Source: Nitrospira sp. (lineage in GTDB: Bacteria; Nitrospirota; Nitrospiria; Nitrospirales; Nitrospiraceae). From it: 64,000 nucleotides of DNA. The notes under the pieces are model-generated. The model was not told where the DNA came from. It saw only the letters and a program-made list of their open reading frames with translations, and did not search any database. The stretch's first letter is position 1, and each line of letters begins with the position of its first letter. Positions 50,817-60,453 of this stretch are shown here, in pieces. The stretch is taken from contig VGXB01000003.1 of NCBI GenBank assembly GCA_016873515.1, positions 248 to 64,247 on the forward strand, written 5' to 3'. The translations under genes were made by a program, and so were the position numbers.

Positions 50817-51413
50817 ATGCGACACTTGCTGGCAATAGCTTTGATCATGGGAATGGCGACTTTCGTGTTTGCTGGCTGCGGATACCAATTTCGTGTGGAA
50901 GGATCCGGTCCGACTATTGGTGGTGCGCTACCGTCTGTTTCGCAGGAGCCACCGCCGCGTCTGATTGTTCACACGTTGATCAACAGGAGTTTCGAGCCGA
51001 ACTTGGAAACCCGCTACACCAACTATTTGCGCGTAGAGTTTACCTCCGGTAGTGGAGCGCAAGTGGTGCCAGAATCCGAAGCCGCCGATCTTGTGTTAAC
51101 CGGAGAAATTCTGTCTGTCTCGATACCGACGTTGAGTTTCAGTCAGACCAGGACATTGGAAAGCCGGGCTGAAGTCGTCGTCAAGGTCCAGATAAATGAG
51201 ACGAGAACCAACAAAGTTGTCTGGACACAATTGGCAAGAGGCGCCGCCGAATTTTATGTGACCTCCGATCTGCAGTTTAATCGAGCACTCCAGAATCGCG
51301 CCCTGGAGCAAGCCGGCCGCCTCGCCACCGCGGATTTAGCCGCGCGGTTCTTGTTGTATGTCGACTCTGGCGGATTGGTCAATCCCGCAGCAAAGTCAGC
51401 GGCAACGCCGTAA
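50817..51413 (+). CDS. lptE: LptE-like lipoprotein
   Basis: Lipobox FAGC-GYQFR; conserved leuS-lptE-holA order. Confidence 0.82.
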   Translation: MRHLLAIALIMGMATFVFAGCGYQFRVEGSGPTIGGALPSVSQEPPPRLIVHTLINRSFEPNLETRYTNYLRVEFTSGSGAQVVPESEAADLVLTGEILSVSIPTLSFSQTRTLESRAEVVVKVQINETRTNKVVWTQLARGAAEFYVTSDLQFNRALQNRALEQAGRLATADLAARFLLYVDSGGLVNPAAKSAATP

Positions 51414-51431
51414 CCACTCGCAGGGCTTTCA

Positions 51432-52541
51432 ATGGCATCGACGATAACGCCATTCCATCTCGAAACAGTGTTGAAGCAAGCAGCTCCTAGCCCACTCTAC
51501 TTGGTTGTCGGTGAAGAAGATCTGTTGAGGGATCACACACTGGCCGTACTCAAAGCGAAGATTCTTGGGGACGGCGGGGAGTTTAATTACGACCTGTTTT
51601 ATGGGGACGAAGCCGGCGGGTCGGATATCCAAAGCTGCGCGGCTGAAATACCGGTGTTCGCAGAGCGACGGCTGGTGGTGGTGAAGGCGGCTGACAAACT
51701 ACCGGCGCGAGAGGGCGAGGCGCTGCTCGACTATTTTAAAGAGCCGGTGGAGACGACGACGCTGGTGTTTGTCGGCCCGAAGCTGGACGGCCGGATGAAA
51801 TTTTCCCAAGCCTTGAGTCGTGCGGCAGTCACGGTCGATTGCGCGTCCATGCGTGAGGCGCAGCTACTTCCCTGGATCGCGCGCGAGGCTGACCGGTTGG
51901 GCCTTCAGTTGGAGGAGCAGACCCGGCACATCCTAAAAGAGTCCGCCGGGGGCTCGCTCTATGGATTGCGCGGTGAATTAGAGAAGCTGGCATCCTACGT
52001 GCCGGCTGGTCGTGCTGCCACCGCGGCTGATGTGCAGGCGCTCAGGGGTATTGAGCCTGACGCGTCGGTGTTCGATTTGACGGTGGCGATTGCCGCCGCC
52101 GATCGCGGGAAGACCCTGGCCATTCTGGCGCGCAATCTCGATGCAGGAGAAGCCCCGCTGCGAATCTTGGGCTCGCTGGCCTGGCAGTATCGCCGTGTGT
52201 GGAAGGTCAAAGAATCACTGACGACCGGTGGGCGCGAAGGCGAGGCGGCTCGAACCTTGCGGATGGACCCAATGAAGGTGCGGCAGTTTTTGGGCCGTTT
52301 TTCGGACGAGCATCTTCAGACGGCGGCCCGTCTGTTTCTCGATGTCGATGGTGCGCTCAAGGGCGGCGGCAACAGCCGCCCGAAGATTGTAATGGAGCGT
52401 CTGTTGTTGCAGTTGTGTGATTTCGTGAAGAAGCTGACCGTCGAACCACCGCCCAGACCTTCTGGGCCAACAGGACGGGTTACGGCTCGTCCAGTGTCGA
52501 ATGTGCGAACGATCAGGAGCGGGAGCCGGACAGGGCGTTGA
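51432..52541 (+). CDS. holA: DNA polymerase III delta subunit
   Basis: YLVVGEE, PVFAERRLVVV, ELEKL, VFDL; position after lptE. Confidence 0.92.
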   Translation: MASTITPFHLETVLKQAAPSPLYLVVGEEDLLRDHTLAVLKAKILGDGGEFNYDLFYGDEAGGSDIQSCAAEIPVFAERRLVVVKAADKLPAREGEALLDYFKEPVETTTLVFVGPKLDGRMKFSQALSRAAVTVDCASMREAQLLPWIAREADRLGLQLEEQTRHILKESAGGSLYGLRGELEKLASYVPAGRAATAADVQALRGIEPDASVFDLTVAIAAADRGKTLAILARNLDAGEAPLRILGSLAWQYRRVWKVKESLTTGGREGEAARTLRMDPMKVRQFLGRFSDEHLQTAARLFLDVDGALKGGGNSRPKIVMERLLLQLCDFVKKLTVEPPPRPSGPTGRVTARPVSNVRTIRSGSRTGR

Positions 52542-52791
52542 CACGCAGAGTCAAGCGAGACACGCGGCGGGACGCCGTGTTGCGCTTCAGGGCGCCTTTG
52601 GATACGGCTCTACCAATCGCGGAGACGGCTTCACGCAAGGAGGTCTTGGCGTCCGCGACTTTTTTTTCAGCCAGAGCGGATTGGACCTTCTTGACGACCG
52701 TCTTCACAGCGTTCATAGTGGCCTGGTTCCGGTCATGCCGGCGCTCCGCTTGTCGGGCCCGGCGAATTGTCGATTTATGAATCACAGGCAT
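52513..52791 (-). CDS. rpsT: 30S ribosomal protein S20
   Basis: HKSTIRRARQ...RN, KG..KRNTASRRVSRL. Confidence 0.95.
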   Translation of the reverse strand: MPVIHKSTIRRARQAERRHDRNQATMNAVKTVVKKVQSALAEKKVADAKTSLREAVSAIGRAVSKGALKRNTASRRVSRLTLRVNALSGSRS

Positions 52792-52871
52792 CGTCTTTTC
52801 CTCCAGAAAACATCCTAACTTGTATCATAGGGGGTTGCGAATCGTCAAGAATCGGAGGGAGGGGAATCCGC

Positions 52872-53585
52872 ATGTCGAAAATCGTGGCGCGTGACCGATT
52901 GATCTTTGCGCTAGATGTGCCGTCTGCTGCTGAAGCAGATCGGCTGCTGGATCGGCTCCATGGCCATCTGTCCCTCGTTAAGGTCGGGCTGGAATTGTAC
53001 ACGGCAGCGGGGCCCGACATGGTGAAGCGGATTGTCGAGCGAGGGATGCGGGTGTTTCTTGACCTGAAGTTTCTCGACATCGAAGAAACCGTCCGACGGG
53101 CGACGGCGCGGGTGGCATCGATGGGGGTCGATTTTCTGACGGTCCATGCCAATCGCAAGGCGCTCACGGCGGCTGTGCAGGGCCGAGAAGGTTCATCGCT
53201 CAAGCTGCTGGCGGTCACGGTGCTCACAAATTTCGATGGCAACGATTTGCGTGACATGGGGATCCAGCGGACGGTCCAAGACCTTGTGACCGCACGGGCG
53301 CTGCTAGCGTCCGAAGTCGGCTGCAACGGTGTCATCGCGTCCGGCGAAGAAGCGGCTGCCCTTCGGCAGAAAATCGGTCCCCGGTTCACGATCGTAACGC
53401 CAGGTGTCCGGCCAGCTGGCAAGGGGGTGGACGACCATGCTCGGGTAACCACGCCGACGCAAACGATCACGTCCGGCGCCGACTATCTCGTGATCGGCAG
53501 GCCCATTCGCGACGCCGCCGATCCGGCTGCGACTGTGGCCGACCTCGTAGCCGAAATGCAGTCGGCGTTTGACGCCAGGGGATAG
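52872..53585 (+). CDS. pyrF: Orotidine-5'-phosphate decarboxylase
   Basis: LIFALD, VKVG, FLDLKFLDI (DxKxxDI), VTPGVRP, VIGRPI. Confidence 0.95.
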   Translation: MSKIVARDRLIFALDVPSAAEADRLLDRLHGHLSLVKVGLELYTAAGPDMVKRIVERGMRVFLDLKFLDIEETVRRATARVASMGVDFLTVHANRKALTAAVQGREGSSLKLLAVTVLTNFDGNDLRDMGIQRTVQDLVTARALLASEVGCNGVIASGEEAAALRQKIGPRFTIVTPGVRPAGKGVDDHARVTTPTQTITSGADYLVIGRPIRDAADPAATVADLVAEMQSAFDARG

Positions 53586-53688
53586 GGCCGTCAAGCGTCA
53601 TTCGGTATTCGTGGAAGAAAACCAGGGCTGAACCGTTTCGTGTCTCATTCTTCACGATTGCACGATTGACGTCATTGCGTGCCGCCGG

Positions 53689-53718
53689 TTGCAGCAGCGA
53701 TTCGCCCTTTGCTAAGAT
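53689..53718 (+). promoter_or_regulatory. Promoter candidate for tRNA-His
   Basis: TTGCAG-18 nt-TAAGAT with TG extension. Confidence 0.45.
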
Positions 53719-53744
53719 CTTCCCTTCTTCAGTCATCCTCGCAC

Positions 53745-53822
53745 GGTGGGTGTAGCTCAGTTGGTTAGAGCGCCGGATTGTGGATCCGGAGGTCGCGGGT
53801 TCGAAACCCGTCATCCACCCCA
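53745..53822 (+). tRNA. tRNA-His (GUG)
   Basis: G-1, acceptor stem GTGGGTG/CATCCAC, anticodon arm CCGGA-TTGTGGA-TCCGG, TTCGA loop, discriminator C, encoded CCA. Confidence 0.97.
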
Positions 53823-54050
53823 TGCAGAGATGGAACACCGCCGAGGTTTCCTGAATGCTCAGTTGACCTTCGGCTCGACGCCCTAACACGAAAACCACGC
53901 CAATGAACCCCGTAAGAGTTGCGGCAACAAGTGCAAATGTATTGAGTAGATTGGTCATCGCATCACCTAGGCTTATGGTGTGAGTTCAACGGCTAGCCTC
54001 TGGCCAATCACGATGCGCTGGGGCGTCGTTCAACAGGATACCCCGCGTGA

Positions 54051-54434
54051 CTATCTGACGATATCCGTCCCCCACGGATTATCCACCAAGAACAGCCACC
54101 GCCCATCGACCTGCCGACGCAGAATGCTGGAGGATCGCCCCCCGAGTTGTATGGCCGTTCCCGTCGGATCAACTCCCTGTATGCGCCACCTAGCACAGTA
54201 CGGGGCAACATCACCGGCCTGCACAAGCTGCTGCGCTTCGATGGTGAGCGTCAGCTTCAGCGCCATGAGGCCTCCCAAGCCTTGGCGTATCCCAGCAGTC
54301 CCACTCACAACGACACCTGGCTTCATGACGAACGACGCACCCGGCTCAAACAATGTCAGAGCCGTTTCCAAATCTTGCGCATCCATGGCCGTAACAAGTT
54401 GTGTAATGAGATCTCACAGATCGGGCGTTTTCAT
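54051..54434 (-). pseudogene. SnoaL/DUF4440 (NTF2-like, YybH-type) protein with an early nonsense codon
   Basis: MKTPDL*DLITQLVTAMDAQDL... (TGA 54414-54416); C-terminal RRQVDGRW...DNPWG. Restart at ATG 54386 is possible. Confidence 0.6.
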
Positions 54435-54569
54435 CGCTGCTCTTTTCATAGAGCCCAGTGGTACGCTCCATCTCTCGAACGAACTTGCCTTGAACTTACT
54501 GATGGCGGCGAAGGATCGCGTAGAAGGCCTACGCCTGGTAGCGTTCACGTCTAGGGGACTCGCGCACCC

Positions 54570-56546
54570 ATGAAGGACGACCAACCTGTCGTCCTGTCCG
54601 CGGTTACGCTCCCTGAGATTACCTTCAAGGCAGTCGTACTATCGATCCTGCTGGCTGCAGTGCTGGCTGCTGCCAATGCCTATCTGGGCTTGTTTGCCGG
54701 CATGACAGTGTCGGCGTCGATCCCGGCGGCAGTTGCTTCGATGGCGATTCTGCGGTTATTCCGACAATCGAACATTCTTGAAAACAACATCGTGCAAACT
54801 GCCGCGTCTTCTGGAGAAGCCCTGGCCGCTGGGGTAATCTTCACGATTCCCGCGTTGCTGCTGGTTGAGTATTGGTCAGTGTTCGATTACTGGCAGACGA
54901 CGATGATTGCGTTGGTTGGCGGGTTGCTTGGAGTGCTTTTTACCATTCCTCTACGGCGAGCACTGATCGTGACGGCTCGGCTGCGGTTCCCCGAAGGGAT
55001 GGCGACAGCGGAGGTTTTGAAGGTCGCCGCACCGGATCGAATCGGGGCCAGCCAGACCGAGGCCGGGCGGGATTTCCGGGCACTGCTGTCGGCGGCGTGC
55101 GTGGGTGGGGCAGTGAAGTTCGGCGAGAGCGGTTTGCGTCTGTGGACGGAATCCTTGGAGGGCGCGATGCAGGTTGGACGCACGGTGTTCTATGCGGGTC
55201 TCAATCTGTCGCCGGCGCTGCTTGCGGTTGGGTTCATCATCGGCCTGCACACAGCGCTGGTGGTGTTTCTAGGCGGTGTACTGGGATGGATGATTCTGAT
55301 GCCGGCCTTGGGATTGTTGAGTGGATTGCCGCCAGATCGGACCGGACTGACAGCGGCGATGGCGATCTGGAGCGGACAGGTTCGCTATGTTGGCATCGGT
55401 GCGATGTTGACCGGCGGATTGTGGACGTTGACGCGCTTGCGCGAGCCAGTATGGCGGGCGGTGCAGACGCTTCGAGTGGCAATGCAAGATCGGGGAGCCC
55501 AGTTCGATATAGTGTCGTCTCGAACCGAACGCGATGCGCCCTTCTGGTGGATCGTCGCGCCATTCTTCTTCTCATTATTCCCCATGGCCTGGCTCTACAC
55601 TGGAGTGGTAAACAGCCCAGCAATCGGGTTGCTGATGACGGCTGTGATGGCCGTCGCGGCATTTCTCTTTTCGTCGGTTGCGGCATACATGGCGGGGTTG
55701 GTCGGGAGTTCGAGCAACCCAGTCTCAGGCGTGACGATTGCCACGATCATGTTGGCATCGTTGCTGCTCGTCCTGTTCATGGGAGCGGGCCATCCAGCCG
55801 GACCGGCGGCAGCTCTAGTGATCGGGGCGGTCGTCTGCTGCGCGGCCGCCATGGGAGGCGACAACTTACAAGATTTAAAGACCGGCCATCTGGTTGGGGC
55901 AACACCGTGGAAGCAGCAAGTGATGCAGGTGGTGGGAGTGCTCACTGGTGCGATGATCCTGGCGCCGGTCCTGTCGTTGCTTCAGGCCAAGTACGGGATT
56001 GGCGAGCCGACGGTGGTTCACCCGCATCCGTTGAGCGCCCCGCAAGCGACATTGATGGCTGAACTGACGCGAAGTGTCTTCGGCGCCGGACTACCCTGGC
56101 ATCTGGTGGGGCTGGGCGCGGCCATCGGGGTTGTCATCATCCTGATCGATCGACGGCAGGAACGTCAGGGCAGTCCATTTCGTTACCCCGTGCTTGCCGT
56201 GGCATTAGGTATGTATCTGCCGTTGAAACTCTCGGCGGCGATTTGCGCAGGCGGTGTGATTGCGGGACTTGCCAAGCAGGCAACCGGGCGGGGTGACGAA
56301 CCGTCTCGGCGGGGGCTGCTCTTTGCTGCGGGCCTGATCACCGGTGAAGCTTTGATGGGGATTTTGCTGGCACTGCCGATCGCGCTGGTTGTCTTGTGGC
56401 CGAGCTTCAGCGGCGACCCGTTTACCCTCTTCGATCAGCCTCCGCTGGGTGGCTGGCCCGGTTTTGTGATCGTGATCTTGGTGGGAGCGGCCCTCTACCG
56501 GCTTGCCACCAGTTCTCTAACGGTCGGCAACGGCTCGCCCCGCTAG
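54570..56546 (+). CDS. OPT-family oligopeptide/metal-chelate transporter
   Basis: ANAYLGL..G.TVSASIPAA, ENNIVQT..S.GE, FPEG.ATA, GSSSNPVSG, QDLKTG.LVGATP, APQA.LM. Confidence 0.95.
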   Translation: MKDDQPVVLSAVTLPEITFKAVVLSILLAAVLAAANAYLGLFAGMTVSASIPAAVASMAILRLFRQSNILENNIVQTAASSGEALAAGVIFTIPALLLVEYWSVFDYWQTTMIALVGGLLGVLFTIPLRRALIVTARLRFPEGMATAEVLKVAAPDRIGASQTEAGRDFRALLSAACVGGAVKFGESGLRLWTESLEGAMQVGRTVFYAGLNLSPALLAVGFIIGLHTALVVFLGGVLGWMILMPALGLLSGLPPDRTGLTAAMAIWSGQVRYVGIGAMLTGGLWTLTRLREPVWRAVQTLRVAMQDRGAQFDIVSSRTERDAPFWWIVAPFFFSLFPMAWLYTGVVNSPAIGLLMTAVMAVAAFLFSSVAAYMAGLVGSSSNPVSGVTIATIMLASLLLVLFMGAGHPAGPAAALVIGAVVCCAAAMGGDNLQDLKTGHLVGATPWKQQVMQVVGVLTGAMILAPVLSLLQAKYGIGEPTVVHPHPLSAPQATLMAELTRSVFGAGLPWHLVGLGAAIGVVIILIDRRQERQGSPFRYPVLAVALGMYLPLKLSAAICAGGVIAGLAKQATGRGDEPSRRGLLFAAGLITGEALMGILLALPIALVVLWPSFSGDPFTLFDQPPLGGWPGFVIVILVGAALYRLATSSLTVGNGSPR

Positions 56547-57779
56547 AAATCCTGTGGCCCAGGCCCATTGGAAGTTGAACCCACCGATACGCCCGTCACA
56601 ATCAAGAATCTCTCCAATCAGAAACAGGCCGGGTACCAGCTTCGATTCCATCGTCCGGTAGTTGATCTCTTCCAACGGCACACCTCCGGCCGTGACTTCC
56701 GCGTAGTTCCAGCCTTGATCGCGCTCAATAGGCAACGCCAACTTGGTCAGCGCAGCGATCACCCGCTCTCGGTCAGCGCGGCAGACTTGGGCAATGGCCT
56801 GTTGCGGGCGGCATGTCACATGTTGACAGAGCGCTTCGGCAAATCGTTCCGGCACGCGCGAGGCCAATGTGTTGGCGAGTGATCGACGCGGGCGATGGGC
56901 AGCCTCATGCACGAGCCAGGCGCGCGCCTCTTCTTGTGTTCGGCCCGGGAGAAAGTTCGCGGTGACAAAGGCCTTCTCACCTCGTGCATGAGCCAAGGTC
57001 CAGAACCGGCTGACGTCCATCACCACCGGTCCGCTGATCCCGAAGTGAGTCCAGAGCAAACTGCCGGTCCGTGTATCGACGGTGTTTCCATTGACCAATG
57101 TCGTCAGCGCGGTTTCCTGTGAGAGGCCGGAAAGCGAGTGATGAAACAGTCGCGTATCAAGCACCAGCGGCACAAGTGCCGGAACAGTGGTCGTAATTGT
57201 ATGACCAAGCCGGTGGGCCAGACCGTACCCATTTCCATCGCTGCCTGACCTGGGAACGGATCGACCGCCGGCTGCCAAGATGACGTGTGTCGCCTGAAGC
57301 ACGCCATGACTGTGCTGGAGAACAAATCCTCTGTCGGCGGACTTGTCGACACATGTGACGCGATGATTTGGCCGAATGATGACTCCAAGATCATGGCAGC
57401 GAGTCACCAGGGCGGTGAGCACCGTCCTGGCTCTATTGGTAATAGGAAACAGTTTGCCAGTCTCTTCGCATTTGAGTGTGACCCCCATCGAAGCGAACCA
57501 TTGAACCGTGTCTTCAACAGAATGTGATGCCAGCACGTTCTTGATGATGCGGCGATTGCCAAAATAGTCGGTCGGGGTTACGGTCTCGTGCGTGACATTG
57601 CAGCGCCCGCCGCCGGAGACGAGGATTTTCGCACCGATCGTCTTGGCACCATCTAACAACACGATGTTGAGCGCCCGCCCGGCTGCTCGTTTTCCTGCAA
57701 CGATCGCCGCGGCCAATCCCGCCGCGCCTGCACCGACCACAGCGATGTCGCAGGCAGCGAATCCATCCACATTAGACAC
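56517..57779 (-). CDS. HI0933/YhiN-family flavoprotein
   Basis: GAGAAGL, KILVSGGGRCN, GSDGNGY, THFGISGP, AEVTAGGV, GGFNFQWAWATG. Confidence 0.93.
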   Translation of the reverse strand: MSNVDGFAACDIAVVGAGAAGLAAAIVAGKRAAGRALNIVLLDGAKTIGAKILVSGGGRCNVTHETVTPTDYFGNRRIIKNVLASHSVEDTVQWFASMGVTLKCEETGKLFPITNRARTVLTALVTRCHDLGVIIRPNHRVTCVDKSADRGFVLQHSHGVLQATHVILAAGGRSVPRSGSDGNGYGLAHRLGHTITTTVPALVPLVLDTRLFHHSLSGLSQETALTTLVNGNTVDTRTGSLLWTHFGISGPVVMDVSRFWTLAHARGEKAFVTANFLPGRTQEEARAWLVHEAAHRPRRSLANTLASRVPERFAEALCQHVTCRPQQAIAQVCRADRERVIAALTKLALPIERDQGWNYAEVTAGGVPLEEINYRTMESKLVPGLFLIGEILDCDGRIGGFNFQWAWATGFLAGRAVADR

Positions 57780-57878
57780 TTTTAACTACCTGTTAACATG
57801 GTTTTAATCTCGGAATGTTACTATCCTGCCGTGTGGGGCTGACTGGCAAGCCGTCATAACTACCAGCAGGAGGTGTCC

Positions 57879-58049
57879 ATGACCTGTCAAAAGTGCAGAG
57901 GTCTTATGATCGAAGAGCGGCAGCCCGAGCTATCGCCTGAATCGTTTGTTCATCGTTGTATCAATTGCGGGTTAATTCTCGATCCGTTGTTGATGCAGAA
58001 CGGTCTCAACCATTTAAAGGAGAAGCGACACCTGTTTCATGCAGCTTAG
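57879..58049 (+). CDS. 56-aa zinc-ribbon small protein
   Basis: Translated by hand: MTCQKCRGLM...RCINCGLILDP...AA*; SD GGAGG; absent from the ORF track. Confidence 0.8.
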   Translation: MTCQKCRGLMIEERQPELSPESFVHRCINCGLILDPLLMQNGLNHLKEKRHLFHAA

Positions 58050-58130
58050 GCAGTATGACCGGTCCCGTCCGATCACGGCTATGGTTAGGTGCATGATCGG
58101 ATGGGGCGGGGGTGGGCGTCGCGTGCGTGG

Positions 58131-58904
58131 TCAGATCGAAAACTCTGCCCAGAGAAACGTATGGTCTGAGGGGTCTTTCGCTCGCCGCGGCTCGACGTCC
58201 ACATCAGCCCGCACGCATTTCCCCGCCAATGGCTTTGTCGATAGGATGTGATCAATCCGCCATCCTTTGTTGGCCTCCAGCGAACTCGGCGCACGATAGT
58301 CCCAGAACGTATATTGCTGCCTCGTCGGATACAACTTCACGAACACGTCCTGGAATCCCCAGGCGAGTGTTTGCTCATAGGCCTTGCGGGCCGCTTCATG
58401 GTAGCAGACGTGGGTCAGATGTTTTTCTGGGCTGTGTACGTCCATCGGTCGCGGCGCCACATTCATGTCTCCGCACCAAATCGCCGGCGCTTCCGGTGAG
58501 AGGTGCTGGCCGAAATAGTTTCGCAGCCGCTCGTACCATCCCAATTTGTATGCGTACTTCGGTGAGTCGATCTCAAAGCCTTGCGGTACGTAGGTATTGA
58601 TGATGGAAATCCCGTCGATCACCACCCTAAGTAAGCGAGCATCCTCCGGCTCTCCTCCATCGTTAAAACCATAGAACACCGTATCTGGTTTCTTCCGACT
58701 GAGAATGGCCACACCATTGTAGGCTTTCATGCCGCGAAAGGTGATGTGGTAGCCGGACGGCGTCAACGCCATCAATGGGAACTCACGGTCCTGCACTTTT
58801 GTTTCCTGGAGACAGAGGACATCGGGGTTCTGGCGGTCGAGCCATTCTAGCACGATGGAGAGACGTTTGCGGAGCGAGTTGACGTTGAACGTGGCGATTT
58901 TCAT
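58131..58904 (-). CDS. xth: Exodeoxyribonuclease III
   Basis: TFNVNS, LCLQETK, YNGVA, CGDMN, GWRIDH, SDH. Confidence 0.96.
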   Translation of the reverse strand: MKIATFNVNSLRKRLSIVLEWLDRQNPDVLCLQETKVQDREFPLMALTPSGYHITFRGMKAYNGVAILSRKKPDTVFYGFNDGGEPEDARLLRVVIDGISIINTYVPQGFEIDSPKYAYKLGWYERLRNYFGQHLSPEAPAIWCGDMNVAPRPMDVHSPEKHLTHVCYHEAARKAYEQTLAWGFQDVFVKLYPTRQQYTFWDYRAPSSLEANKGWRIDHILSTKPLAGKCVRADVDVEPRRAKDPSDHTFLWAEFSI

Positions 58905-59021
58905 ATGGCGATGGATCGATCTGTAGGCGAGCGCATCCTAGCAAAAGCGAGAGAGTGCAACAAGCGGGCGTGCTTCAGCCTGTTGCCATCGTCAAGCCGC
59001 ATCAGCAGTCGGCGCACGCGT

Positions 59022-59168
59022 ATCGAAAATCACGGTGCTCAACTCTTCTTCGAGTTTTCAAATCGCCAGGCTCAGGGTAGGTTGCGAGATGCAGCAGCGA
59101 TTGGCGGTACGCCTGAAATGGCGCTCCTACGCCACGGCGACGATGTATCGCAGTTTTGTCAGTGTCAT
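59022..59168 (-). pseudogene. oxyR: N-terminal HTH relic of an OxyR-like LysR regulator
   Basis: MTLTKLRYIVAVA*ERHFRRTANRCCISQPTLSLAI*KLEEELSTVIFD; stops at 59127-59129 and 59058-59060; remainder absent. Confidence 0.8.
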
Positions 59169-59189
59169 GGTGAGGTTGTCCGTTTGTTG

Positions 59190-59226
59190 ATAGCTATTCT
59201 AAATCGTCTTGATGTGAAGTGGCAAT
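59190..59226. promoter_or_regulatory. Putative OxyR-type operator
   Basis: ATAG-N7-AAAT-N7-ATGT-N7-CAAT, matching the spacing of the ATAG-N7-CTAT-N7-ATAG-N7-CTAT consensus; contains T-N11-A. Confidence 0.45.
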
Positions 59227-59320
59227 TTGACTTGCAAAATCCGGTCACCTAGACTGTCCATACGATTAGAGTCGACAATTGGCTACTTTGAATGTGAAAT
59301 GAGGTGAGAAAGGAGGGTGC

Positions 59321-60385
59321 GTGATGAGGGAGCAGAAACGATTTGGAAAGATAGGAAGGGTTGGGGTTCTCACTCTGAGTATGGCAGCGGTTCTTCCGCT
59401 GCTTTTGGTCGGTAAGGCAAATGGGGAAGATTATAAGCTCAAGATTCCGTTCGGTCTCGAAGAGTCTGCCGTGGTGATTCCAGCCGACAATCCGTTGACG
59501 ACAGAGAAGGTCGAGTTGGGCCGGCTGCTGTTCTTCGACAAGCGGTTGTCGCAAGACAACACCATTGCCTGCGCGAATTGTCATGTGGCGAAATTCGCGT
59601 TTACGGATGGCAAGCCGGTCTCTGCCGGTATCCGAGGCCAGAAGGGTGGCCGCAGCGCCCCAGCGTCTTTCAATCGGGTATTCAGCAGTGTCCAATTTTG
59701 GGATGGCCGGGCTCCCACATTGGAAGCGCAATCGGTTGGTCCATTTACCAATCCGATCGAGCACGGCTTTGCGAATTACGATGTGATGAATGCGAAGATG
59801 ATGAAGATGCCAGGCTATCGGAAACTCTTTAAACAAGTTTTCGGCGATGAGACCATCACAACGGAGCGGGTGGGCATGGCTATCGCCAGCTTCCAGCGCA
59901 CGGTCCTTTCAGGGAATAGTTCGGCAGATCGGTTCGATCAGGGAGGAGAAACAGGGGCCATTTCAGAAGCGGCACAAAAAGGCCTCATCCTGTTCCGGGA
60001 AAAAGCACGGTGTACAAAGTGCCACTCCGGGTTCAACTTTACCGACGAAAAGTTCCATAATCTTGGTATTGGCTGGAATGACAACAAGGTCGATCTCGGC
60101 CGCTACATGGTCACCGGCAATGCGGAAGAGATCGGCGCCTTTAAGACTCCGACCTTGCGCGAGATCGCGCGAAGCGCGCCGTACATGCACGATGGGCGGT
60201 TCAAAACTCTTGCAGAAGTCGTGGACTTTTACAACAAGGGTGGCGTCAAGAATCCGCACTTGGACAATCTCATCATTCCACTCGACCTGACAGACCAAGA
60301 AAAGCGAGAACTGGTGGAATTCCTCCAGACGCTCAATGGCGAAGGCTGGCAGCACGTGTCTGTGCCCAAATCGTTCCCGAAGTAA
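59321..60385 (+). CDS. Diheme cytochrome c peroxidase (CcP/MauG family)
   Basis: LGR.LFFD.RLS, CANCH, QFWDGRA, CTKCH, FKTPTLR, PYMHDG; signal peptide. Confidence 0.93.
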   Translation: MMREQKRFGKIGRVGVLTLSMAAVLPLLLVGKANGEDYKLKIPFGLEESAVVIPADNPLTTEKVELGRLLFFDKRLSQDNTIACANCHVAKFAFTDGKPVSAGIRGQKGGRSAPASFNRVFSSVQFWDGRAPTLEAQSVGPFTNPIEHGFANYDVMNAKMMKMPGYRKLFKQVFGDETITTERVGMAIASFQRTVLSGNSSADRFDQGGETGAISEAAQKGLILFREKARCTKCHSGFNFTDEKFHNLGIGWNDNKVDLGRYMVTGNAEEIGAFKTPTLREIARSAPYMHDGRFKTLAEVVDFYNKGGVKNPHLDNLIIPLDLTDQEKRELVEFLQTLNGEGWQHVSVPKSFPK

Positions 60386-60412
60386 GCGGGCGCGGGTCCA
60401 CAGAGTTTTTCT

Positions 60413-60453
60413 AACGGGGCTTCCTTCGGTGCCGAACCGAGGGGGCCCCGTTT
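60413..60453. terminator. Hairpin between the convergent peroxidase and mscS relic
   Basis: AACGGGGCTTCCTTCGGT / ACCGAGGGGGCCCCGTT with G-U pairs; T tracts on both sides. Confidence 0.6.

Noticed and set aside
53467-53958. 163-aa ORF as a full gene
   Set aside because: Runs antisense through tRNA-His and into pyrF; only the first ~35 codons look protein-like.
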